Assembly: GCF_001194135.2 (NCBI RefSeq)
Contig: NC_068981.1
Span: forward strand, 193,417,754-193,460,552
Length of the DNA: 42,799 nt
Source of the DNA: Octopus bimaculoides
Taxonomy: Eukaryota
Direction: 5' to 3'
Shown here: positions 11,877 through 24,699 of the stretch, in pieces
Layout: the number at the start of each line of letters is the position of its first letter
Position numbering within the stretch: position 1 is the stretch's first letter
The notes under the pieces: generated by a model
The model's database searches: none
What the model saw: the letters and a program-made list of their open reading frames with translations, nothing else
What the model was told of the DNA's origin: nothing
Translations under genes and position numbers: made by a program

Positions 11877-12880
11877 CTGAAAACAGCAAAACTAGTTAGT
11901 AAAATGTGATCTTCTACCTCCTATAAAATTTTTTTGCTTAAAACATGTATTAAAACATGATTCAGATGGTGTAAATTCCAATAAGTTGTGAATTTGTTGT
12001 GAAAAAATGTTTTTGAGGGAGTTAGGAGAGGAGTTTTAGAAAATTCACACAAAATTAACTTTGTTTCCTCATAACTTTTGGGAAAATAATTATTTTTAAA
12101 TGAAAATTTCCACAAATACCTTTCAGAGTGTGTATATTATAATAATAATGGAATTTAATGCGAAAATAAAGATTGCTGGGATAGCATACATAAATATTGA
12201 TACACGTCAGATATTTGTTTTTGAGGGTCTTTTTTTTTGTATTTTTTACAAAAAATTCCAATAGAATTGGAATTTATACCATCTAAAGCATATTTATAGA
12301 AAATTTCATTAAAAAAATGTTTTTCTTAAAATAATGAGGAAAGAAATTTGTTGGGGCATACATGTATAGGTATGGTACAGGTANNNNNNNNNNNNNNNNN
12401 NNNNNNNNNNNNNNNNNNNNNNNNNNNNNNNNNNNNNNNNNNNNNNNNNNNNNNNNNNNNNNNNNNNNNNNNNNNNNNTATATATATATATATGGTGTAT
12501 CTTAAAGCCTTTCTTATAATTTTTCTTCCATGTATATATCACTCATATGGCAGTGTTGTCTGCTTCACATAATTTACATGCTTACCACATCACATGGCAC
12601 ACGCTGAGTAATATATAACAGGGTAACATGTTAAAGGAAAGAAACCTGGTTATTCAGTTGAAGAAGGCTTCCAGAGATAAATGACCTCTCATAAATACAA
12701 CTTTGTTTTGGATAAATACTTTAGAGTTGGGTAACACTGTTACCCTTGGTTCAACATTATTGGACATAAGAAAATAAAACACNNNNNNNNNNTTACCCTT
12801 GGTTCAACATTATTGGACATAAGAAAATAAAACACTTATTTCAACAAATTTCTCTCTAAAGAATCATTAGTAAAAAATGT

Positions 12881-12883
<3 letters not shown>

Positions 12884-12912
<29 letters not shown>

Positions 12913-12922
12913 NNNNNNNNNN

Positions 12923-12965
<43 letters not shown>
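12884..12965. repeat. (CAT)n microsatellite
   Basis: Trinucleotide run interrupted by a 10-N gap. Confidence 0.9.
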
Positions 12966-12966
<1 letters not shown>

Positions 12967-12967
12967 T

Positions 12968-13185
12968 GGGTGTTGAGCTGTCAGAAACAATAAAATACTG
13001 GTCAAACGCTTAGCAGCATTTCATCTGTCTTTACACTCTGACTTCAAATTCTTGTAAGGCTGAGATTACCTTTCATCCTTTCAGGTCCTATAAAATAAGT
13101 ACCAGTCATGCACTGGGGGTGACATGACTGACTTGCCCTCTCCACCAACATTTCAGGCTTTGTACCTATAGTAGAAAGGATTATC
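12968..13185 (+). mobile_element. tRNA-derived SINE with Deu/Nin-like central domain
   Basis: CCTTTCATCCTTTCAGGTCCTATAAAATAAGTACCAG..CACTGGGG resembles the Deu/Nin domain as recalled; homologous copies at 17728-17938 and 21363-21547. Confidence 0.65.
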
Positions 13186-13192
13186 CTTACTA

Positions 13193-14030
13193 TGATGATG
13201 TGGCTTTGCATTTGTATGAGCTGAGTTCAAGTCTCACCTAACAACCCCAAGAGACAGCAGGTTCAAGTGGGCGTTAGGAATAGGATGGTTGATAACTGTC
13301 ATGGTCTTTGGGGAAGAATGGGGTTAGGTGAGAGGAGTTTGTGCTTTAATTGTCTACCTTGGGTTCATAAGAAGGATTATTTTAGAACATGTGCTTTTGA
13401 TAATATGCGGAAAAAGATTGTTTTGGAGTTATAGAGACAGTATTTTTCACAGAATATGAATAGTCTCCATCAGTACTATTTGTTTGAATTTCTTCCATTT
13501 TTGAATTCCTTGGGATTTGAGACAGGTAATAACCAGCCCCTTTCATAATTATTCATAAGGCACCTGCAAACATGGGTATTGTTCTAGTCTTGAGTTTCCA
13601 CATTTTGCCAATTTCTATTCTAAGATCTTTGTATGTGGTCAAATTTTGGTAGGTCTTCACAGATAGATTCACATCAATTGGGACATACTGACATGGTGGC
13701 ATGATTGGCATCTGAAATCCATCAGTATAATATCTGGTCTATTTGCATCTGTCTTTCGGTCAGTTTGAACAAAAGAGTTCCATGTGAATAAGATATCATT
13801 TTGAAGCACTGGAGGTGGTTTGTAATCCCACCAATTTCTATGATGGGGCAAGTCCAGTTCCTTGCATATTTTCTGGTTTGGGATTGGGTTTTGAAGCCCA
13901 TAGCACTTCTGTTTGATTTTGTGTTTGTCCTGTTGGTAGCAGTGGGTGGTTTGTTTTCTTTGAAGGCAGAAAGCCTTTAAGTGAGTCACAGATCCACATA
14001 TAATATGACAGCTTTCATTCTTCTACTATC
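13193..14030 (-). mobile_element. R4/Dong-type LINE 3' fragment (RLE domain and 3' UTR)
   Basis: WDYKPPPVLQND...QTDRKTDANRPDIILMD, frameshifted DVSVPID..KDLRIEIGKMWKLK and terminal EIQ.IVLMETIHIL. Confidence 0.85.
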
Positions 14031-14169
14031 ACTGACAGGTGGGTGCCACCTGGGAGGCCTATNNNNNNNNNNTTCATTCTTCTACTATCACTGACAGGTG
14101 GGTGCCACCTGGGAGGCCTATCAAGTTAGAGACCTTCTCCATATATGTTTAGTCAGTGTGTATGGTCAA

Positions 14170-15335
14170 TTCCAGACCTATGCCTGACCAGTTTTGCTGC
14201 AGTATATTCTGTATCTTCATAATAGTCACTTCTTCCTCTAGACATGCCAAAACCAGGTGATAGATATTTCTGTCAGCACATTTCTCATCTTGCTAAAAGC
14301 AAGGCATTGGCTACAATAACTGGGGATTAAGAAAAGTTTTTCATTCCTCAGTGTGGTCGCAAAATGAAACATAGCTTCTTCAGTGCCAAATTGCACTTCA
14401 ATCATGCAAAACTTCTCTCCTCGAGTTATGTGGACCTTGTGTTCCCACATATGCCCAAGATATTTTTGAATTTGGGCTTCAGTAGCCTTTTCTACCTGGC
14501 ATGATTTAACTCCAATGCAGTGGTAAGTAACCATGCGTCTCCAAATGTTTTCAATCACCTCGAGTGAAGGGTTCAGGGCTACTCTTCTTCCATTTCTTTT
14601 TACAATTTGTCTGGCCAGTTTTAAATTTNNNNNNNNNNNNNNNNNNNNNNNNNNNNNNNNNNNNNNNNNNTTCCATTTCTTTTTACAATTTGTCTGGCCA
14701 GTTTTAAATTTTCTTTATCTATGCAGAACTCTTCCAGATTTCTTGAAGCACTGACAAAAGAAATCTCCTTTTTGGCATCTCTTGTCATAGCTATAGCTAC
14801 TTTAGCAAAGGCAGTNNNNNNNNNNCCTTTTTGGCATCTCTTGTCATAGCTATAGCTACTTTAGCAAAGGCAGTGATGGTGGAAATGGAGGTGACGGTAG
14901 CAGTGGTGGTGTTTGCATTTGTTTCAAAAGTTTATTTAGTTTTCTCCTTCTNNNNNNNNNNNNNNNNNNNTGTTGTTGTTGTTGTTGTTGTTACTGAAAC
15001 TGTCGAACATGTTCTTGAATTGTTGAACTGTCAAACATTTCAAAGGTGTTGGCAGGTAAATGTATCACCTTTTTTTGTTCGTTTTGGCTCGTGTGACANN
15101 NNNNNNNNTGGCAGGTAAATGTATCACCTTTTTTTGTTCGTTTTGGCTCGTGTGACATCATTACATCAATTACTGTAGTCATTTCTACACCAGCATCCCC
15201 TTTCTTTTCGGACAAAGTTTGTGTCTCCATTCGGCTAACATTATAATCAATTCTTTTTCTGCCATATTTCAAAATATTTGGAAAACAGTGAATTATTTTT
15301 CGATTTTCCAAATAGTTCAAGACAGTTAAAAAATA
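14170..15335 (-). mobile_element. Possible degraded ORF1-like region of a non-LTR retrotransposon
   Basis: Broken reading frames (KRIDYNVSRME, poly-Thr, EISFVSA, IEVQFGTEEAMFHFATTLRNEKLFLIPSYC) around simple repeats; no diagnostic catalytic motif, assignment from recollection only. Confidence 0.35.
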
Positions 15336-15707
15336 TTGGTGCCCCCACTCTGCAAAACAGGAGGTACCTCTAAACAGAAATAGTGGCAGTGCATTCCAGG
15401 CAATGTCAAAAAAAAAAGGGGACCTNNNNNNNNNNGAAATAGTGGCAGTGCATTCCAGGCAATGTCAAAAAAAAAAGGGGACCTTAGCAGATCAAAAAGA
15501 CTGATAGCTCTTTTACAACTTATGAAACTCCAGATTTCCCTGTCTTTACAGTATGGCAGTGGCTGTTGTGAAAAATGAGGGTAAGGAGGAGGATGAGAAT
15601 AAAAAGGACTACTACTACTACTACTACTACTATTACAGGTGATACGATGATGATGATGATGATGATGATAGGTAGACTAGATAAAGAGAGGGAAAAAAAT
15701 TACTTAC

Positions 15708-15941
15708 CAGATTTCTCTTTAAAACTTACAATGTAAGTGTCACTGGTTTGTTGTTGTATTGAAGAAATATCTCCACCAGAACTTCTTTCCCTGTATCTAA
15801 AATAGCTTTTAAGACTCTCAAAGCTGACATTTGAAGAAACTGTTTTCACTTGAACACTGTTTATTTCCTCAATTCTATCCACTTTCAGTTGATTTCCATT
15901 CAAGAGGTTTTTTTGGCACATCTTCTTAACATATTCAAAAT
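15708..15941 (-). CDS. PARP14: PARP14-like gene exon: end of RRM2 and most of RRM3
   Basis: 234 bp, phase 1-1, tttattgcag acceptor and GTAAGT donor; DFEYVKKMCQKNLLNGNQLKV..VSFESLKSYFRYRERSSGGDISSIQ..TYIVSF matches the PARP14/DTX3L-type RRM pattern L..YF...R.SGG. Confidence 0.85.
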
Positions 15942-16111
15942 CTGCAATAAATACAGTGAATGGTGATAGATGAAATTTTGGTAAAAGATTCAAATTGAAA
16001 TCAATTTACTGACGTTTTAACACAGTTTGGATTTAAACGATTTTGAGAATTCTACCAAATTTGGAGATTTTAGCATTAAAATGCAGTTCCAATTATCTAA
16101 CAACTCCATAT

Positions 16112-16775
16112 AGGCACAGGTGTGGCTGTGTGGTAAGAAGGTTGCTTCCCANNNNNNNNNNACAGGTGTGGCTGTGTGGTAAGAAGGTTGCTTCCCAGCC
16201 ATATGGTTTTCGGTTCAGTCTCACTGTGTAGCACTTTGAACAAATGTATTCTACTATGACCTTGAGTTGACCAAAGCCTTGTGAGTGGATTTGGTAGACG
16301 AAGACTGAAAGAAGCNNNNNNNNNNTTGACCAAAGCCTTGTGAGTGGATTTGGTAGACGAAGACTGAAAGAAGCCATTTGTCTGTCCGTCCATCTGTATG
16401 TTACTGTCTCCTTGCATTGACATCACATGCTTATTGTAAACGAGTGTCCATGTCATAAAAGCAGTGTCCTTCATTTCCAATCTTCCTTAAAACATGTCTG
16501 GTCACTGGGAAACATTACCTTACTTGGAAANNNNNNNNNNAACATGTCTGGTCACTGGGAAACATTACCTTACTTGGAAATAGGTGAGGGCTGGAAACAA
16601 GAAGGGCATCCGGCTGTAGAAAATCCAACTCATCAAATTTTGTCCAACCCATGCAAGCATGGNNNNNNNNNNAGAAAATCCAACTCATCAAATTTTGTCC
16701 AACCCATGCAAGCATGGAAAAGTGGGCGTTAAAACAGTGAGGATGATCATGATGATGGTGATGATGATGATGTGT
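16112..16775 (+). mobile_element. tRNA-derived SINE with RTE-type tail
   Basis: A box TGGCTGTGTGG, B box GGTTCAGTCTC, shared core CCAAAGCCTTGTGAGTGGATTTGGTAGAC, (GAT)n end. Confidence 0.8.
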
Positions 16776-17727
16776 CCNNNNNNNNNNTTAAAACAGTGAG
16801 GATGATCATGATGATGGTGATGATGATGATGTGTCCTTTAGTAAATGTTTACTGATCCTTAAATGTTAAAGGTATTTCTATTTAGGGATAAATAAAGTGT
16901 AAAATATAAGAAATAAAATTTGATTGAGCAGATTTATGATGAAAGACAATCCAGCCATGACCATTCCAATAACTAGCATGGTAGCTTCTGTTTTGAAGAA
17001 GGTAGGGTGTAATGGAAGGGATACTTTCCTGCTATTTCTGTCAGCCTGAGCAACTGTGTAAAGGTCNNNNNNNNNNCTTTCCTGCTATTTCTGTCAGCCT
17101 GAGCAACTGTGTAAAGGTCTTCAGATTATTAAAAGTGTGTATTTTAAGGTAGAGATGGGAATTTCACATTTCTCGTTGGGGCTCATTCTTGTATTCTAGA
17201 ATATTGTACTTTGTTTAAAGACATGACAACATCAGAGACAAGTTAGTGATGAAGCTACTTAGACAAAATAAATTATTTCACTAAAAATACATTACTACAC
17301 AACTATTTCTAAAGATATGCCATCATCATCATCATCATCATTAACATCATCATTACCATCATAATTTAAGTTCTATTGTCCATGCTGGTATGGGTGGGAC
17401 GGTTTGACTGGGCTGGCACACTGGAAGGCTGCACCAGACTCCAGTCNNNNNNNNNNNNNNNNNNNNNNNNNNNNNNNCCTTCCTAATGCCAACCACTCCG
17501 AGAGTGTAATGGGTGCTTTTACATGCCTTGGTGGATTTTCTTCCCAAGCACGACATAATGCTAAAAGTCTTGGTCATTGCCTCTGTGAGGCCCAACGCTC
17601 GAAAAGAACTCAGCCACTTTGCCTCTATGAGGCCCAACATTCAAAAGATGCTCTTTATGTGCCACCAACACAGGTGCACTTGGCTTGATGGATCCTCTTA
17701 AGCACAACACATCCCCAAATGTCTCTA

Positions 17728-17938
17728 GATTTCAAATTCTGACACAAGGCCAGCAATTTGGAGAGAAGGGTTAGTTGATTACATCGACCCTAGTATTCAA
17801 CTGGTACTTATCTCTTGAACCCTGAAGGGAGGAAATGCAAAGTTATTCTCAACAGAATATGAACACAGAGCACGAAGATAGATGAAATGCAGCTAAGCAT
17901 TTTGTCTGGCATGCTAACATTTCAACCAGCTGGCCACC
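17728..17938 (-). mobile_element. tRNA-derived SINE with Deu/Nin-like domain
   Basis: Reverse strand reads GATAAGTACCAGTTGAATACTAGGGTCGATGTAATCAAC; homologous to 12968-13185. Confidence 0.7.
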
Positions 17939-19118
17939 TTCTTCCATTTTGATATTTATTGACAGTTATCAAAGCAAGAAACATTGTGTTAAATATACTT
18001 GCTGCTCTCATTTTTTACTATGGAATATCTTCTTGTAAACTAAGAAGAAGATTTCATCCCCATGTAGGAGATACCTTCATGATACAATGTTTCATTTGTA
18101 GATGTTCTCTCTGCTCATCCCATCATCACAACAACAATCACCATAGTTCTTAATTAGTGACTTTAACAGCATCAACAGGGTGTAAGGCATTGGACAACAC
18201 ACACATACACTCACATGCACACACAACAGCATAAAAACACACATACACAAACAGGTAGAAAGAAATGTGCAGAGAACTGAGATGAGTTNNNNNNNNNNNN
18301 NNNNNNNNNNNNNNNNNNNNNNNNNNNNNNNNNNNNNNNNNNNNNNNNNNNNNNNNNNNNNNNNNNNNNNNNNNNNNNNNNNNNNNNNATGGAAAGCGGA
18401 CGTTAAACGATGATGATGATGATGATGATGATGAATGCTTGACAGATTAATCTGAATGCTAAAAGGTTAAAGAATGCTCTGATTTATAAAGAGGAAAGTT
18501 TTAGAAGAAGAAATGTTTCAAAGTCTGTAATGAGAAATGGTAAATAACGTGGAGAGTTGAAATAACAGAAAAAAAAAAAGCACATTAACGAAACATTTGA
18601 CCCTGTATGGAGAATCCTTTGTACAATTTTATTGATTTGAAAATTTTAGTTTGATGAATTCAATATTATTTGTTTAATATTGAAACTATAATTAAAAGTA
18701 AAAGACAAGCAGACTTGTGTATGTGTTTATCATTGGCACAATGACCCTTCCAAGACACACAAAATATACTTTGTTTTGTAATTAAACTATATATTTGTTT
18801 TATTATTCTGTAATATGCATTTACATGGTAAAGACTCACTTTTCTTTTTGTTTTGTTTTAGATAGAAATTACATTCGTAACAAGTTCTCTCTCTCAGTCA
18901 AACGAAGATGGTAAAATATTCCATTTACTTTCCCTCTTTCCAATGTTTATAAACCAAAGGAACAGCCAAATACTGGAATCAATTTCACAGACAAAACATC
19001 ATCTCTAATATTTCTGATTTCCTGCCTGATAACCATCATTCCTGACAAATTTCTTCCTTTCCTGATAAAAGTGAGAAACCAAAACGCAAAATCTGGGAAG
19101 AAATCAAAGATATAAATA

Positions 19119-19517
19119 GGTGCAGACATGGCTGTGTGGTAAGAAATTTGCTTCCCAACGACATGGTTCTGGGTTCAGTCCCACTGCATGGCACCTTGGG
19201 TGAGTATCTTCTACTGTAGCCTCAGTTCGACCAAGGCATTGTGAGTGGATTTGGTAGACAGAAACTGAAAGAAGCCCAGTATGTGTGTGTGTGTGTGTCT
19301 TTGTGTCTGTTTGTTACCTGCCACTGCTTGATGACTAGTGTCAGTGTGTTTATGTTTCTGTAACTTAACAGATCAGCAAAATGGAGTGATAAAATAAGTT
19401 ACTAGGTTTTAAAAAGTAAGAACCACTGGGGTCGATTCATTTAACTAAAAAAGATCTTCAAGGTGGTGCCCCAGCATGGCCACAATCTAATGATTGAAAC
19501 AATTAAAACATAAAAGA
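19119..19517 (+). mobile_element. Full-length tRNA-derived SINE (Octopus-type)
   Basis: A/B boxes, GGCACCTTGGGTGAGT core, internal (TG)n, tail CTGGGGTCGATT..CCAGCATGGCCAC..GAAAC. Confidence 0.85.
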
Positions 19518-19589
19518 TATACCAATCCTATTAACAAAACAAAATTCAAGAAATCTTTTTCAGAACAAGTTAATCTTGAAGAAACTTAC

Positions 19590-19826
19590 CAATTTCATTT
19601 TGGCAATACACAAGAAAAGTTCCAGGTTTTCTTCTAGGGGAAACATATACAACATCTAATTTTCCTTTCTTTTCCAAAAAGTCAATCAACATTTCTTCAG
19701 ACATGTCTTTGTGGCCATTTGACACAATCATTGCATCTTCTTGCCAAATTAGAATTTTATACCAGTTCACATGAAGTTTATATTTGCCTATATTATGGAC
19801 CTTCCTTTGGACAACATTTTCTGCAT
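19590..19826 (-). CDS. PARP14: PARP14-like gene exon: end of RRM1 and most of RRM2
   Basis: 237 bp, phase 1-1, gattttcag acceptor and GTAAGT donor; DAENVVQRKVHNIGKYKLHV...DMSEEMLIDFLE..PGTFLVYC. Confidence 0.85.
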
Positions 19827-20212
19827 CTGAAAATCAAAATAGCAGAAGAAATTGAGAATATAATGTCATTATTTATGAGTGGAGGGCATGGTTGTGTTGG
19901 TGTTGTAGTGTAGAACCAGATCACACACTTTCTGGCCACAAACACGTCCAAGTGTTGTTCCTTATTTAAGATGTTAAAGTGTTACATGAAGATTTAACTG
20001 CCTTTTCTAGCAGATCAAGTCATCACTTAGAGGCCCCTTTGTTTGCTCTGTAGCTGAGAGGATTATGAAGTTCACTGTACAAGTAATTGACTCTAGTTCA
20101 ATCCTACTGTCCAACAACACCTTGAGCAAGTATCTTCTACCACAGCTTCAAGATGACCAGAGCCTTGTGACTGATATTTGGAAGACAGAAACTGTGGACA
20201 TTACAAGATTTG

Positions 20213-20319
<107 letters not shown>

Positions 20320-20701
20320 TCAGATAAACATACACACACATACGTGTATATGCACATACACTACTTAAAGGAAACAGTACTCATTGGACATTAGTTGGCA
20401 ACCTCACTAGTAATGATGGCAGGAAAAAATGCCCCCGGTCCACTCTGTAAAATGGTCGGCATTAGGAAAGGCATCGAGCAATAGAAACCATGCCAAAGCT
20501 GACCCCAAAGGTCAATGCAGCTCATCAGATCCTGTCAAACTATTCAACATACACCAATATCGGAAAACTGATGATGATGACGATGATGGTGGTAGTGGTG
20601 GTGGTGGTGGTTAACATTGCTTTTTATTAATCTAATGTGTTCACGGTAAGTCTATTCAAATTGTCTGTAAATGATTTCATGAAATGAATATTTCTTCTAA
20701 C

Positions 20702-20899
20702 CTTTTGCCAATTGAAATGTGATGATAATTTTGCCAGAATCTCCAATCCATTTTGGGTTTCCTTTAATAGGTCCTCCATTTGATCTACTCTTGTTCTCAA
20801 AATAATGCTGAATGGCTTCCAAACGGAAATCAGTTGGGACTCCTGACACCAATATTGTTCTGCCCTCATCATCTTCTTCCATATTCAAGGTAGATATTT
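20702..20899 (-). CDS. PARP14: PARP14-like gene exon: RRM1 (possible ATG at 20882)
   Basis: 198 bp, ttttgcag acceptor and GTTAGA donor; MEEDDEGRTILVSGVPTDFRLEAIQHYFENKSRSNGGPI..KIIITF joins in frame to the 19826 exon. The upstream exon was not located. Confidence 0.85.
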
Positions 20900-21362
20900 C
20901 TGCAAAATAAAACAAAAATTTAATGCTAAAAAATATCAGTTACTACTCACCATCCATGTAACAATATATTGCTATCCACAGCATAAACATTCACTTTACA
21001 TGTCTGACATAAACCTGAAATACATGTCGCCTTCAAACAGTCCAGATATGCTAGAAGTAACAGCCAAAGTTTTTCAAAAGTTCTCCCAACTATCTTTAAA
21101 ATAGATGAATACACTTGCTAAAATCGTTTTGTGTTGAAAATATCTGCAAAGAAGTTATGGCATTCCTGATTGAACAATGCTAATTTCCCTCACAGAAACA
21201 GGAGTTCTAACATATGTGCACGAAATCTGAAAGTCACACCTCTGAACGAATCCAGCTTTAAAATCTTTAAAAAGATGTTTTTCAATAAAACAGACACACA
21301 GATGCTATCAAATAATGCCATTTTAGTATGACAAACTTCACCTAAATACACATTTTCCAAAC

Positions 21363-21547
21363 AATTCTTTCTTCTATAGGCACAAGGCCTGAAATTTTGG
21401 AAGAGGGGTTAATCAATTATATAAACCCTAGTGTATAACTGGTACTTATTTTATTGACCCTAAGGAGATGGAAGGTGAAGATGACCTCAGTGGAATTTGA
21501 ACCCATAACATAAAGATGAATGAAATATCACTAAGCATTTTGTCCAC
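21363..21547 (-). mobile_element. tRNA-derived SINE with Deu/Nin-like domain
   Basis: Reverse strand TCAATAAAATAAGTACCAGTTATACACTAGGG; homologous to 17728-17938. Confidence 0.65.
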
Positions 21548-22512
21548 AATTCCCAAACAATGACAACAACAACAGGATCAATAACAACCAAAAGTACCAA
21601 TCTTATAAACCTGATTAATGCCACAACATCACACGGAATACATTCAACAAAAGAAAATCACAACCATTCACCCATAAAACTAAACCAGGTGAACCTAATT
21701 TATAAATACTGCTTTGTGTTGGGCCCTCAATTTCTTGATGGGGTTGTATGGGTCACTATGGTCAGAAATGGCATGTCTTGGGTATTTTTAGACCCGGAGG
21801 GATCAGGGGATGTGGTGATTTGCTGTACTTGAAGAACCATGTGAAGCTAAGTAAAATCGCTGCCCTCCATACATACAGGCATGTCCTTTCAGGTGTGGGT
21901 GCCACATAAAAACACTCTCATGCCAGTGCTATGTAAAATGCACCCAGCACATTCTGTTAAGTGGTTGGCATTAGGAAGGTCACCCAGCTGTAGATACCAT
22001 GCCACAACAGACAATTGGAGCCTGGCCAGCTCCATTTCAAACAAGTTAACCCATGCCATCATGGAAAGTGGACATTAAACGATGATGATGATGATGATGA
22101 TGTCAAGGCCATCAATGACCAAAACTGATTTCTTCTAAAAAGAGGGAGAGAAGAATTGACCCCAGTACTTTGTTTATTGACCCCAAAATGATCAAAGACA
22201 AAATTGATTTCAGCATTGCAAAGAGTCAGAATGATTACCACAAAGCAACCTATCTGGTGCTCTACTGGCTCTATCTGGTGCTCCACAGAAATCACCTAAA
22301 AACAAGTTTATGTCACTAAAACATGCTGTCTCCACACAAAACATTTTCTCTCATGATAATTCAGAAACACTTTTTACAAACCACAACACAGGACACCTCA
22401 AATATTTAATCAAATTGTTTATAATGAAGATAGTGAACCAGAGCAGAGATTAAAAAACTTCCAGGACACTAACCAAAAACAGAAAAATCAGAAAACATCA
22501 ATCTAATAGAAA

Positions 22513-24081
22513 CTAGCAGGTGTACCCAGCATTGCCTGGGGCTATTTGTTAAGTACGCCTGGTCAGCGTAGTCTCCCATAAAGTAGAGCTGAAGAAACTG
22601 AGGTGAGGCAGCGTCATGCAGATGCAAGGAACCAATTCTAGGGTAAATCTGCCCCTGCACTTTAAAGGAAGGCATGAAATGACAATTGGTATGATGTTGG
22701 TGCCAAAGGAAGTCAGTTGGAATGCACAGTTGTAGGTATGTATCAGCTTGAGAAAGTCATGAGAATAAGGAGATGCCCCTGTCAAAAGATCAGTCAAAAG
22801 GGGTGGAGGATTTTGTAGAAGAGGTACTGTCATCTTACCGTTGGAGCCGTACATGTCGGGAGTTTCCCCAGGTCACATTTTAGCTCCGCAAAATTGGCAA
22901 GTTGTGGACATGCAGCCTATTTGAACCTCAGGGTGATTACTGTAGTCAATTGTAGGACTGTAGTTGAATGCTGTCATTGACCAATGCGAGGAGCACGGCC
23001 TTCAGTAGGAACATTGTGCAGCCTTTTGCTGTGCTGTAGTCTCCAGTCATTGTCGTCTTTCCCCTGTAGTCTCTGTAGTGCACACAGCAGCAGTTGCTGC
23101 TGCATCTCTTGTAAGTCAAACTGCGCATTGTGCTGCAGTCTCTGCAGCTTGTGCAACAGCAGTTGAGGAAGCATCTCTTGTAAGTCGATCTGGACGTTGT
23201 GCTGTAGTCTCTGCAGCTCGTGCAGCAACAGTTGAGGAAGCATCTCTTGTAAGTCGATCTGGACGTTGTGCTGCAGTCTCTGGAGCTTGTGCAACAGCAG
23301 TTGAGGAAGTATTTCTTGTTCGGTGTGCTGAACGTTGCTTGCTCTGGGCGATTCGTTGCGCAGCAATACGTGCTAACTGATCACAACAGTGCTCTTCACT
23401 TCCCCTTCTTCATGCTGAAGCCATCCTAAGTGCATTGAGAAAGTTCCTCCTGGTGGCGTCTCCAGCAGATTCATTTGCATGCATGCGTTTACTTTTCTTT
23501 CCAGCATTTGTTTGCCGACCTATACTGGATCTTTTGCATTGAGGCATGGCGGAAAATTACCAGTTTATGCAATAGAAAATGTTCTAAGGAAAAAGCGGAG
23601 AATATGTAGCACCCACAAATTAGTAAAATGTAGTTAGCAAAAATGTTAATCAAACAGACCGAATTAATTTTGGGTAAGAGTTTTGAAGTGGCTAGTTTAA
23701 GTTGGAATAATTATATGGAAAAAAGCACTCATGTGAAAACAGTGGAAAATCGTAACTCGCAAATGAATATTGCTGGCAGTACTGTGCAAGCAGTCGATAA
23801 GAGCTCGCCACAGCTGAAAAAGTAAAGTATTGATTTTTTCCAGTTGGGTGTGTCATGTTTTTTCACTGGCTCAAGCCAAATCCTAGGCGAATTGAGAGTA
23901 GTCTATTTATGTTGGAGGTGCGGAATTTTGAGGAAAGAATTATAAGAAAAAGCGTCCTAAGTCAAAGAGAGCACACATGTCAAATTTGGTGAAATTCAGT
24001 TGAAAATTGTAGGAATAGATGTGGTTTACACAACATACACACAGACAGACGGACAGACAACTTGCCTTTTAATATATAAGA
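22513..24081 (-). mobile_element. Internally deleted Helitron with both termini
   Basis: 5' TC at 24081 after host A; 3' hairpin CCCAGGCAATGCTGGG then CTAG ending at 22513 before host T. Broken RepHel N-terminus from ATG 23547: AFNYSPTIDYS.HPEVQIG.M...CQFCGAK, YNCAFQLTSFG, FKVQGQIY.RIGSL, PQFLQLYF. Confidence 0.88.
23085..23310 (-). repeat. 69-bp coding tandem repeat within the Helitron ORF
   Basis: GCATCTCTTGTAAGTC recurs at 23102, 23171 and 23240 (about three units of 23 aa). Confidence 0.85.
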
Positions 24082-24525
24082 TACAACAAAATGAAGTAGA
24101 TTATTATGTGTCCAACCCTTGCTTCTTGAACCACCTTATATGGCAATGGTGATTGGTCAGTTGCTTTGTTGGGGTTGTACTCCTGTCACAATGCCAGTCA
24201 CCATGACTCCAGCTAAAATGTAGAAAGCAAGGAAACAAAATCAGTTGCTTTTTTTCCCCCTTTGTGTTTTAACAGACTAATGTACAACTTTTGGGTTACA
24301 ACTGGCCAATCAACAAGGCTCAGCAAATTCTCAACAAGCTATTCTTTGGTGCCTTACCAATGCATTACATAAAGAATCTTCAAAGTTGAATTTGATGAGA
24401 AAGGAGTAAGTTGCCTTAGCCACAGGATAGTTTACCAATCCATATTGATATAATATAAATACACATTCTCTCTTTCTGCCTTGAGAGACTAGCTTAAAGC
24501 ACAGGAGTACATGCACAAACACAGA

Positions 24526-24529
<4 letters not shown>

Positions 24530-24573
<44 letters not shown>

Positions 24574-24575
24574 CA
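24530..24575. repeat. (CA)n microsatellite
   Basis: Dinucleotide run. Confidence 0.9.
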
Positions 24576-24699
24576 CTATCTCTCTCTTAAGGAATCTCTA
24601 AAAGGTAACACATTATTAAAGACAGAAACATTCAATTAAAATTAGATTTGGAACCGAGTGTCTAAATCTGAATGCGTTTAATATAAATGTTCTTATATT

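Noticed and set aside
12584-12601. 18-nt candidate micro-exon (RVPCDV) with a GTAAGC donor
   Set aside because: Phase 0-0 does not connect to the 15708 donor, and such short matches arise by chance.
20627-20872. 81-aa minus-strand ORF overlapping the RRM1 exon
   Set aside because: Alternative frame of a real exon; no motif and no compatible splice sites.
22974-23380. Q/L-rich and A/V/S-rich repetitive ORFs
   Set aside because: Off-frame or antisense readings of the Helitron 69-bp repeat.
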